33,596 bases of DNA from Patescibacteria group bacterium (GTDB lineage: Bacteria; Patescibacteriota; Patescibacteriia; UBA9934; GWF2-40-263): contig SCUM01000001.1 of the NCBI GenBank assembly GCA_004297215.1, positions 808,716 to 842,311 of the forward strand, given 5' to 3'. The notes below the pieces were generated by a model. That model was not told the origin of the DNA. It saw nothing but the letters and a program-made list of their open reading frames with translations, and did no database searches. This document shows positions 1 through 14,081 of the stretch, piece after piece. Numbering within the stretch: position 1 is the first letter of the stretch; each line of letters opens with the position of its first letter. The position numbers and the translations under genes are program-made.

Positions 1-2
1 CG

Positions 3-656
3 AAGAAGTGGACGGATCGTCCGTCGGTCCTGATCGGGACGGCGGTGCTCACGCCCGCGCAGGCCAAGCGGCAGTGGGAAGCCCTTGAGAAGGCACGCCT
101 GAAAGCGATGTGGGCCGACGTCCGCAAGCGCAAGAAGGAGGAGAAGGCGCTCACGCGCAAGGCCGCGGCGAAGGCGAAGGAGCAGGCCGAGATCGCGAAG
201 TGGGCCTGCCCCGAACATCTCGTCGGCTCCGTGGCGTTCGTCGGCGGCAAGAAGCGTTGGGCGCCCGCCCAGGACCCGGCCGAGGTGATCCGCCTCGCGG
301 GGCCTGAACAGGAAGGGGAGATGTTCCCCAAGCCCCTGCGCAAGGCACCGCTCCCCATGGTCACGGGGGGCACGAGCCACGCGTCGGCGCCATCGATCCT
401 CCTCAAGGAGATCGACGTCGTCGCCGAGGTGCTCGCGATGGCCGAGGAGAAGGTCATCGACCTGCAGGAGATGCTCGCTACGTCGCAGAAGGCGTACCGC
501 TCACCGATGCTCCTCATGGAGACGAATCCGACCATGCGCCTGAAACAGGTGCGCTGGAGCGAGGACGGCTCCGCCAGCGGGTGGGAGGTCTACAAGGCGT
601 ACTGCGTCGAAGCGGCCGCCGCTGACGAGACCATGCTGTTCAGCATGGTTCCGTAG
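3..656 (+). CDS. hypothetical protein, probably 5'-truncated by the window edge
   Basis: Track ORF 45..656 starts at GTG. The same frame stays open back to nt 3. Codons are GC3-rich like the neighbouring core genes. No family recognised. Confidence 0.5.
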   Translation, partial: KKWTDRPSVLIGTAVLTPAQAKRQWEALEKARLKAMWADVRKRKKEEKALTRKAAAKAKEQAEIAKWACPEHLVGSVAFVGGKKRWAPAQDPAEVIRLAGPEQEGEMFPKPLRKAPLPMVTGGTSHASAPSILLKEIDVVAEVLAMAEEKVIDLQEMLATSQKAYRSPMLLMETNPTMRLKQVRWSEDGSASGWEVYKAYCVEAAAADETMLFSMVP

Positions 657-677
657 GCACAGGCTGAACGGGAGCTC

Positions 678-712
678 GCGGGGCCGGAGAGAGTACGTCT
701 CTCCGGCCCCGC
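678..712 (+). terminator. GC-rich hairpin downstream of the first CDS
   Basis: Perfect 14-bp stem GCGGGGCCGGAGAG / CTCTCCGGCCCCGC with a 7-nt loop, 22 nt after the stop. No clean U-tract. Confidence 0.45.
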
Positions 713-927
713 ACACCCAAACCCCTTGATTCTTTTCAAAAAATCCGATACGGTTTCCCCAGTCGTCTTTCGCAGGCTGCGAAGGGGAGTACGGTTCCGT
801 CGGGTGATTGCCGCAAGCGCTTCGTTCCGTCGCAAGGCGGGGCAAAATCTCTCTCCTCGGCGTTTGGCAGGCACGCGTCCGGCTCTTCGAAAACCGTGGC
901 TTCCACTCGCAGCCTTTGACAGGCGAC

Positions 928-956
928 TTGACCCTTTTCAGGCCCACTGGTATCCT
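928..956 (+). promoter_or_regulatory. sigma70-like promoter of the rpoB leader
   Basis: TTGACC (928-933), 17-nt spacer, TATCCT (951-956). Confidence 0.3.
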
Positions 957-1067
957 CCCGCCAGCGTCTCTCCGTCTCTTGCCGAACGGTCTACCGGGAT
1001 ACGCGGAACGAAGCGAAAAGCTAACCCTTTTCCTGATGTCCGCATCCCTTGTAACCAACCAATGAAC

Positions 1068-1100
1068 CACCGAATTTCCTTCGGTGCGTTTTGTTTTTTT
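1068..1100 (+). terminator. intrinsic terminator/attenuator 12 nt upstream of the rpoB ATG
   Basis: Stem CACCGAA / TTCGGTG with loop TTTCC, followed by CG and TTTTGTTTTTTT. Confidence 0.5.
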
Positions 1101-1111
1101 GACCAAACCGT

Positions 1112-4372
<3,261 letters not shown>

Positions 4373-4411
4373 TTTCCTACCGACTACCACCTACCCCCTA
4401 CCAACTCCAAT

Positions 4412-8341
<3,930 letters not shown>

Positions 8342-8350
8342 TCGCAAGAC

Positions 8351-8377
8351 AAAACCTCCCCGTGATGGGGAGGTTTT
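8351..8377 (+). terminator. rho-independent terminator after rpoC
   Basis: AAAACCTCCCC / GGGGAGGTTTT stem with loop GTGAT, 10 nt after the rpoC stop, ending in a T-run. Confidence 0.7.
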
Positions 8378-8385
8378 GCTATACT
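8377..8385 (+). promoter_or_regulatory. extended -10 promoter (TGCTATACT) for the small-ORF/doc/methyltransferase unit
   Basis: TGnTATACT directly after the rpoC terminator. The identical 9-mer precedes tRNA-Gly and a near-identical one precedes the SIMPL gene. Confidence 0.35.
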
Positions 8386-8430
8386 GTCCATGATTTGACA
8401 GAAGGCCTGTTCTGCCTCAACCTCATCCAT

Positions 8431-8580
8431 ATGGTTCGCAAACTGTTGGAAAAATTCGGGAAGAAGCGACCATCGGCAGGTCGCAAGCGCGACGCTTATG
8501 AGGAGAAGCGGTTGAAGAAAGGGGCTGACGACTTCGTGAAACGTTATGGATCCGTCATCAAACAGCTCGCCGAAGAATAG
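8431..8580 (+). CDS. small basic protein (49 aa), possible antitoxin partner of the downstream Doc-like gene
   Basis: ATG at 8431 inside track ORF 8137..8580 (the upstream part overlaps rpoC). Overlaps the doc-like ORF by 35 nt. The antitoxin assignment rests on position only. Confidence 0.35.
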   Translation: MVRKLLEKFGKKRPSAGRKRDAYEEKRLKKGADDFVKRYGSVIKQLAEE

Positions 8581-8998
8581 CGAGCTGTTTTATCCGTCGT
8601 CTGAAGCGATTTTGGAATGGGGACGGTTGCTGGAGAAAAGCGAAGGAGGGGAACTGCAAGGCCTACTCCCATTCGTTGACGAGGAATGGGCGGCGGAGAT
8701 GCGCGACTGCTTTGAGGTGAATCAGTTGCATCCTGACCACGACATCGTCTCGGCATCCGCGCGACTGTTCCATCGCATTACGAAGAATCATCGTCTGGTC
8801 GATGGTAACAAACGCAGCGCCGTCATTTGCACGTATTTATTTATCTTCGGAAATGGGCACAACCTTAAGATCGCCGCGCGTAATCTTTACGAGCTCACGC
8901 GACATGTAGCGGAGGATGAGGCATCGCCAGAAACAGCCGTGAACGTCCTGAAGCGGCTATTCTCGGAGTTCATCGCGAATGAAACGGACGCTCAATGA
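8546..8998 (+). CDS. doc: Fic/Doc-family toxin (death-on-curing-like kinase domain)
   Basis: 150 aa containing HRLVDGNKRSAV, which matches the Doc-type Fic motif Hx(F/L)xDGNKR. Size and position fit a type II toxin. Confidence 0.8.
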   Translation: MDPSSNSSPKNSELFYPSSEAILEWGRLLEKSEGGELQGLLPFVDEEWAAEMRDCFEVNQLHPDHDIVSASARLFHRITKNHRLVDGNKRSAVICTYLFIFGNGHNLKIAARNLYELTRHVAEDEASPETAVNVLKRLFSEFIANETDAQ

Positions 8999-9785
8999 CG
9001 ATATGAAAGATGCCGATAAGCGGATCGTTGAATACGAGCGCATCCATTCGATTCGTCCGATTCAGTTCTTGAAGTTGAATCAGGCTATCGCACCGAAGAA
9101 TGGCGAGCGCATCCTGGATGCGGCGGCGGGCTACGGTTCAGTGAGTAAATCGCTTCACGCATACGCCCGCTCCAAACATCTAGAAGTCGATCAATATCTA
9201 CTGGAGGAGAGTCGTGTTCAAATGAAACGCGCTCGTCGTTTCCTTCCATGGATGAAGAAGGAACGGATGGTCGTGGGTTCGATGCTCCGTACGCCGTACC
9301 CCGACGGCTTCTTTGATACGATTGTGGTCAAGATGGGTCTTCATGAGGTGGCGCGGAAACAGCAATTACGGCTCTTCCGAGAAATGAGGCGGATCATTCG
9401 TGCTGGCGGAAAGCTAATCATTTGGGATCTCGCGTTCAATCGATCGAACCAGAAAATCCTTTCGGACATCATCCGAAAGAAGGATTTGTTGGCGGGCTAC
9501 AAGCAACTGGCCAAAATGCGCTACTTCCCGACGTCGGATGAGATCCTGACGATGTACCACGATGCTGGATTCGCTAAGGTGAAGGCTCCCCACTCATTTA
9601 CCTATCGATTTGCTTCACGTCTCCGCTTGGAGGAGGAGTTCGGTGGTGACCGCAGCAAGCTGTTGGCGTTGAATGCCTACATCGAGAAGCTCTTGCCCAC
9701 GCCACTGAAAAAACGGTTAAAATTTGTGAAAGCCGGAGATAGCGTTTCTCTGAATTTTTCGAAAAAGATTTTCATCGGAGTGTAG
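8979..9785 (+). CDS. class I SAM-dependent methyltransferase
   Basis: 268 aa with motif I ILDAAAGYGSVS and a later GGKLIIWDL block. Overlaps the doc end by 20 nt and ends 2 nt before yebC. Visibly lower GC than the core genes. Confidence 0.8.
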   Translation: MKRTLNDDMKDADKRIVEYERIHSIRPIQFLKLNQAIAPKNGERILDAAAGYGSVSKSLHAYARSKHLEVDQYLLEESRVQMKRARRFLPWMKKERMVVGSMLRTPYPDGFFDTIVVKMGLHEVARKQQLRLFREMRRIIRAGGKLIIWDLAFNRSNQKILSDIIRKKDLLAGYKQLAKMRYFPTSDEILTMYHDAGFAKVKAPHSFTYRFASRLRLEEEFGGDRSKLLALNAYIEKLLPTPLKKRLKFVKAGDSVSLNFSKKIFIGV

Positions 9786-9787
9786 AT

Positions 9788-10513
9788 ATGGCCCGCCATT
9801 CCCACTGGCACAACATCCAGCTCAAGAAAGGCAAGGCCGACGCCAAGCGCGCGGGCGTTTTTTCGAAGCTGGCGAAGAACATCACGATGGCGGCAAAGGA
9901 GGGCGGGGGAGATGCCTCGTTCAACTTCAAGCTGCGCATGGCCGTGGATGCGGCGAAGGCCGTGAACATGCCGAACGATAACATCCAGCGCGCCATCGAT
10001 CGTGGGACGGGCGGGGGCGAAGGAGCCGTCCTGGAGGAAGTCATCTACGAAGGGTTCGGTCCAGCGGGCGTCGCGCTCATGATCGTGTGCGTCACGGACA
10101 ATCGCAATCGGACGGTCGCTGAGGTGAAGACGCTCGCGAGCAAGAACGGCGGGAACGTCGGGGCGTCTGGATCCGTCGCCTGGATGTTCGACCGGAAGGG
10201 AATGGTCACCGTCGGTGACGCGACGGGCGTGAAGGACCGCGACGTGTTCGAGCTTACGCTTATCGAGGCTGGCGCAAGCGACATCCAATGGGACGCCGAC
10301 GCCTGTCTCGTGTTGAGTGCGCCGAACGACCTCGCGAAGGTCGCTGCTGCCATCGAGGCGCAGGCCCTCAAGGCCGATGATGTGCGTATCGGGTATGTGC
10401 CGAAGACATCGGTGGCGGTCGAAGATGCTGCCGCGAAGGAACAGCTCGATAAGCTCCTAGAGATCCTTGATGACCATGATGATGTGGAGGCGGTGTACAC
10501 GAATGAAGGGTAA
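9788..10513 (+). CDS. yebC: YebC/PmpR-family DNA-binding transcriptional regulator
   Basis: 241 aa with N-terminus MARHSHWHNIQLKKGKADAKRAGVFSKLAKNITMAAKEGGGD, typical of YebC/TACO1. Confidence 0.93.
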   Translation: MARHSHWHNIQLKKGKADAKRAGVFSKLAKNITMAAKEGGGDASFNFKLRMAVDAAKAVNMPNDNIQRAIDRGTGGGEGAVLEEVIYEGFGPAGVALMIVCVTDNRNRTVAEVKTLASKNGGNVGASGSVAWMFDRKGMVTVGDATGVKDRDVFELTLIEAGASDIQWDADACLVLSAPNDLAKVAAAIEAQALKADDVRIGYVPKTSVAVEDAAAKEQLDKLLEILDDHDDVEAVYTNEG

Positions 10514-10520
10514 AATAACT

Positions 10521-10602
10521 GTCTTTGCGAGGAGCGTGCCGTCCAAGCGACGAAGCAACCTCCCGGGAGATTGCTTCGTCGGCTGAGGCCTCCTCGCAAA
10601 AC
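10521..10602. repeat. about 80-nt imperfect-palindromic intergenic repeat, copy 1
   Basis: Outer arms TTTGCGAGGAG / CTCCTCGCAAA. Inner arms CGACGAAGCAA..CTCCCGGGAG..TTGCTTCGTCG. The reverse complement aligns closely with 20531-20605. Confidence 0.65.
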
Positions 10603-10610
10603 AAAATATT

Positions 10611-11354
10611 ATGAGATTGATCACGCTCAATTGTTGGGGAGGGAAGGAGAGGATGCGCGACCTGCTGCTTGATTTCGTCCGTCGTGAAGGCGCTGCAACG
10701 GATTTCCTTTGTCTGCAGGAAGTGGACCATGAGGGCACGGGGAAGTTCCCGTTCGTCGACGAGGACCCGGAACTGTTCGGGAAGTTCGCCGACATCCTCC
10801 CTGACCACACGGGATATTTCCATCCGCATTTCCGCGACTTCTTCGGTCTCGGGGCGTTCGTCCGGACGTCCGTTCCCGTCATGAAGGCCGAGGAACGGTT
10901 CGTACACCTCCACAAAGGTTTCGAACCAGAAGGGGATATCGGGCATCGTGCGCGTCATCTACAGGTCATCACGTGCGAGATGGGCGGGAAGACATTTTCC
11001 GTCATCAACTTCCACGGGCTTTGGAATGGCCAGGGGAAAGGAGATTCGTCGGACCGGCTCGAGCAGTCACGCAAGATCGTCGAAGCCTTGAAATTTTTGA
11101 AGGGAGAAATCGTCCTCTGCGGGGATTTCAACTTGGAACCAGACACGGAGAGCATGGCCATCATCGAAGCGGCCGGGTTGCGGAACCTCGTGAAGGAATA
11201 TGGCGTCACGAGCACGCGTACGAGCCTATACACGAAGCCAGGGAAGTTCGCGGATTACATCCTTGTTTCGAAAGGAATCAAGGTAAAGAATTTCCGCGTG
11301 CTGCCGGACGAGGTGTCCGACCATGCGCCGCTCATGTTGGAGTTCGAGGTTTGA
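10611..11354 (+). CDS. endonuclease/exonuclease/phosphatase (EEP) family protein
   Basis: 247 aa with MRLITLNCWGG, FLCLQEV, CGDFN and C-terminal SDHAPLMLEF, the EEP signature blocks. Confidence 0.85.
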   Translation: MRLITLNCWGGKERMRDLLLDFVRREGAATDFLCLQEVDHEGTGKFPFVDEDPELFGKFADILPDHTGYFHPHFRDFFGLGAFVRTSVPVMKAEERFVHLHKGFEPEGDIGHRARHLQVITCEMGGKTFSVINFHGLWNGQGKGDSSDRLEQSRKIVEALKFLKGEIVLCGDFNLEPDTESMAIIEAAGLRNLVKEYGVTSTRTSLYTKPGKFADYILVSKGIKVKNFRVLPDEVSDHAPLMLEFEV

Positions 11355-11361
11355 CATCGTT

Positions 11362-11390
11362 TTGACAGCCACACGATGAGCCGATAACGT
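11362..11390 (+). promoter_or_regulatory. sigma70-like promoter for hicB-hicA(-ruvC-alr)
   Basis: TTGACA (11362-11367), 17-nt spacer, TAACGT (11385-11390). The -10 ends 8 nt before the hicB ATG, so the mRNA may be leaderless or nearly so. Confidence 0.4.
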
Positions 11391-11398
11391 GTAGATGT

Positions 11399-11614
11399 AT
11401 GCAATGTACCGCCGTATATCAAAAGCATGGGGATTGGTACCTGGGATGGGTCGAGGAAATCCCCGGGGTGAATACCCAAGGGAAGACCATGAAGGAGGCG
11501 AAGGAGAACCTGAAAGACGCCCTCTCGATGGTGGTCGATGCGAATCGGCTCATGCTCGAACGCGACCGCCCGCGCGGCCGCGCCGTCCGCGAATCCATTC
11601 GCGTCGCCGTGTGA
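11399..11614 (+). CDS. hicB: HicB-like antitoxin (UPF0150-type N-domain only)
   Basis: 71 aa. The segment YQKHGDWYLGWVEEIPGVNTQGKTMKEAKENLKDAL matches the HicB/UPF0150 fold pattern. Translationally coupled to hicA. Confidence 0.7.
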   Translation: MQCTAVYQKHGDWYLGWVEEIPGVNTQGKTMKEAKENLKDALSMVVDANRLMLERDRPRGRAVRESIRVAV

Positions 11615-11796
11615 AACTCCGCGACCTGTTGGCTCACCTTCGGAAAAACGGCTGTGTCTTTGTCCGCGAAGGGGGCAGGCATAGCCTTTTTTTGAATCCA
11701 TCGACGAACCGATTTTCGACCGTCCCGCGGCATACCGAGATTGACGACTACCTTGCGAAGAAGATCTGCAAGGATCTCGGAATCGGTTTGCCGTGA
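11611..11796 (+). CDS. hicA: HicA-family mRNA interferase toxin
   Basis: GTG start overlaps the hicB stop (GTGA). 61 aa: VKLRDLLAHLRKNGCVFVREGGRHSLFLNP..VPRHTEIDDYLAKKICKDLGI, typical of HicA/YcfA. Confidence 0.8.
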   Translation: MKLRDLLAHLRKNGCVFVREGGRHSLFLNPSTNRFSTVPRHTEIDDYLAKKICKDLGIGLP

Positions 11797-11798
11797 AT

Positions 11799-12275
11799 AT
11801 GCCCCGCATCATCCTAGGAATAGACCCAGGATACGGCCGTATGGGGTTCGGGTGCCTGCGGGTCGCGAACGGGAAGACGACCGTGCTCGATTACGGCATC
11901 GTGAGCACCTCGGCGGATGACGCGTTCGGGGATCGTCTGGTCCAGCTCGCCGACGACCTCGATGAGCTCATCCGTACGCACAAGCCCGATCGCCTGGCCG
12001 TGGAGAAGCTGTACTTCACCAAGAACGTGAAGACGGCCATGCAGGTGGCCGAGGCGCGCGGGGTCATCATGCTGACGGCGGCCCGGCACAAGTTGCCCGT
12101 GTTCGAGATGACGCCCTCGCAGGCCAAGTCCGCGCTCACGGGCAACGGCCGGGCCGACAAGAAGGCGATGCAATGGATGGTCAAAGAGATCCTGGCGATG
12201 AAGAAAGGTCCCAAGCTCGACGACGCGGCCGATGCGCTAGCGCTCGCGATTACAGCCGCCGCGATGCGCGTATGA
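11799..12275 (+). CDS. ruvC: crossover junction endodeoxyribonuclease RuvC
   Basis: MPRIILGIDPGYGRMGFG N-terminus and KLDDAADALALAI C-terminus. The track start 11793 is a GTG overlapping the hicA stop. The ATG at 11799 is preferred. Confidence 0.93.
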   Translation: MPRIILGIDPGYGRMGFGCLRVANGKTTVLDYGIVSTSADDAFGDRLVQLADDLDELIRTHKPDRLAVEKLYFTKNVKTAMQVAEARGVIMLTAARHKLPVFEMTPSQAKSALTGNGRADKKAMQWMVKEILAMKKGPKLDDAADALALAITAAAMRV

Positions 12276-13393
12276 AAGGAGTATTCCGCACATGGGTTGA
12301 AGTCGACCTGAAAGCCATCGGACGGAATATTGGGGCGTTGAAACGCGTCGCCGCGCCGGCGAAAGCGATGGTTGTCGTGAAGGGAAATGCGTACGGGCAT
12401 GGGATGATTCCGATCGCGCGTGCGGCCGTACGCGCCGGCGCGGACATGCTTGCCGTCTTTACCATCGACGAGGCATTGGCGTTGCGTGCAGCCAGCATCC
12501 GATTGCCGGTCCTGGCTCTTGAACCGTTCGATGCTGCTGAGGCTCAGCGAGCGTCTGCTGCCCGTGTCGACGTCTGCGTGGCAAGCATCTCGACGTTGAA
12601 GGCGCTTGCCCGCTTGCGTCCGAAGCCGCCGTTGTCGGTACATCTGAACGTGGAAACCGGTTTGGGCCGGGACGGAATTCCCCTCGAGGATATGCCGGTG
12701 GCGGTCGGCCTGCTCAACCGATCGAAGGCGGTTATCCCCAAAGGATTGATGACGCATTTCTCCGGGGCCGAAAGCCGGATGTTCGACGGCTACACCAGGC
12801 GCCAGGTCGGCATCTTTCGGACATGGGAGCGTGCGCTCGCGGAAGCCGGCATCCACCCACTCGTTCACGCTGCTGGGACGGCCGGTTCGCTCATGCCGGA
12901 CGGATATCGGTTCGGCTTGTGCCGGTTCGGTCTAGGGACGTACGGCCTTTGGCCTTCTAAGGAGACGGCAGCCCTCGGGAAGAAGTGCGGACTTTCGCTC
13001 ACACCCGCCCTTGTCTGGCGGACGCGCATCGTTGATCTAAAGTCGTTGCCGAAGGGCAACTCCATCTCTTACGATCGTGCCCATCGCCTTAAAAGGAATT
13101 CTCGCATAGCCGTGCTTCCCATCGGGTATTACGATGGGTATCCGCGTTCGCTTTCAGGTCGTGGCGTCGTGCTCGTTCGCGGTAAGCGCGTTCCGGTTCT
13201 CGGACGTGTCATGATGAACACGACCATCATCGACGTAACGGACGTCCCACAAGTCCGTCTCGGCGACACGGTCACGTTGATCGGCAAGGATGGAGCGCAA
13301 AACCTCTCTATCGAGGAAGTCGCGGCTCATGCGGGGACCATCAACTATGAGATGGTGACGAGAATCAACCCCAGCATCCCCCGTCTGCCTTAA
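12272..13393 (+). CDS. alr: alanine racemase
   Basis: 373 aa from the ATG that overlaps the ruvC stop (ATGA). Contains the PLP-site block VVKGNAYGHG and the C-terminal TINYEM motif. Confidence 0.93.
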   Translation: MKGVFRTWVEVDLKAIGRNIGALKRVAAPAKAMVVVKGNAYGHGMIPIARAAVRAGADMLAVFTIDEALALRAASIRLPVLALEPFDAAEAQRASAARVDVCVASISTLKALARLRPKPPLSVHLNVETGLGRDGIPLEDMPVAVGLLNRSKAVIPKGLMTHFSGAESRMFDGYTRRQVGIFRTWERALAEAGIHPLVHAAGTAGSLMPDGYRFGLCRFGLGTYGLWPSKETAALGKKCGLSLTPALVWRTRIVDLKSLPKGNSISYDRAHRLKRNSRIAVLPIGYYDGYPRSLSGRGVVLVRGKRVPVLGRVMMNTTIIDVTDVPQVRLGDTVTLIGKDGAQNLSIEEVAAHAGTINYEMVTRINPSIPRLP

Positions 13394-13422
13394 CAGCCCG
13401 CAACATGACTTCGATCCAACTG

Positions 13423-13476
13423 AAACTCGACGACGCCGCGGATGCCTTGGCTCTCGCGCTCACGGCCGCTTCGATG
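13423..13476 (+). pseudogene. relic of a second, diverged ruvC 3' end
   Basis: Translates to KLDDAADALALALTAASM, against KLDDAADALALAITAAAM at the end of the intact ruvC (16/18 aa). The differences are mostly synonymous. No upstream ruvC body is present. Confidence 0.7.
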
Positions 13477-13508
13477 GGAGGTTCAACCTTGGAGGTTTAA
13501 CCTCCCAT
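13474..13508. repeat. 35-nt palindromic repeat, copy A
   Basis: ATGGGAGGTTCAACCTTGGAGGTTTAACCTCCCAT with 10-bp terminal arms. The reverse complement of 26373-26405 is nearly identical. Confidence 0.6.
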
Positions 13509-13525
13509 CTCGAGGCTGGTAAACG

Positions 13526-13549
13526 AAAACCGCCCGTGAGGGCGGTTTT
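13526..13549. terminator. bidirectional rho-independent terminator
   Basis: AAAACCGCCC-GTGA-GGGCGGTTTT, flanked by an A-run and a T-run, between convergent units (alr side and zinc-ribbon gene). Confidence 0.7.
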
Positions 13550-13561
13550 ACGTCTGCTGCT

Positions 13562-13831
13562 TTACGCCTTTTCGGCGCGGAAGCAGGTGAGGCACTTCAC
13601 CGGGCGGTCGCCACGGGGCTCGAACGGCACTTCGCAGTTCTGGCCGCACACGGCGCACACGGCCGGGTACATCTGGCGGGGCGCATCCATGGTGTTGCGC
13701 TTGGCCTTGGCGCAATCGCGGCAGCGGGTGGGCTGGTTCTGCCACCCCTTCTCCGCGAAGAAGGCCTGGTCGCGGTCGGAGAAGACGAACTCCTTGCCGC
13801 AATCCTTACAAGTAATCGTGATGTCTGCCAT
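13562..13831 (-). CDS. double zinc-ribbon protein (four CxxC pairs)
   Basis: 89 aa with CKDC..CRDC and CAVC..CLTC. The pattern ..VPFEPRGDRPVKCLTCF is typical of small zinc-ribbon proteins. GC3-rich codons. Confidence 0.8.
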   Translation of the reverse strand: MADITITCKDCGKEFVFSDRDQAFFAEKGWQNQPTRCRDCAKAKRNTMDAPRQMYPAVCAVCGQNCEVPFEPRGDRPVKCLTCFRAEKA

Positions 13832-14081
13832 ACGCTGACTTGGAGACTCGAGTCTCCGGTTAAACTCATACGTGCCGGGTTCCGTCAGCGTATGATCTTT
13901 TTAATGCAGGATCCTGACGATCCAGGGATTGCCCAATCGATGTTTGGACACTCCTCGAACCGCCAACCTTCGCTCCTGCGGGAGCTTCGGCTGGCATTGT
14001 TAGTGGCACTGGCCGCGCCAGCCTTCGCGCCGAGGCGCTACGACTGGGGCTCCCAGCCATAGCTCCGACAGGAGCGCCGGC
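13832..14081 (-). other. structured about 250-nt spacer/leader between tRNA-Gly and the zinc-ribbon CDS
   Basis: Dense hairpins: GGAGACTCGAGTCTCC at 13842-13857, GCTCC-N4-GGAGC twice, and CTGGC-GCG-GCCAG. There are alternative pairings around the start codon. No credible ORF and no minus-strand terminator. Confidence 0.4.

Noticed and set aside
13866-14060. 64-aa minus-strand ORF in the tRNA-Gly / zinc-ribbon spacer. I also considered that the spacer hides a second tRNA, tmRNA or SRP RNA.
   Set aside because: The ORF has no SD and a low-complexity Ala/Arg/Ser/Pro product. I could not build a cloverleaf: the acceptor arms do not pair and GGTTCGAGG lacks a T-stem. No tmRNA or SRP signatures are present.
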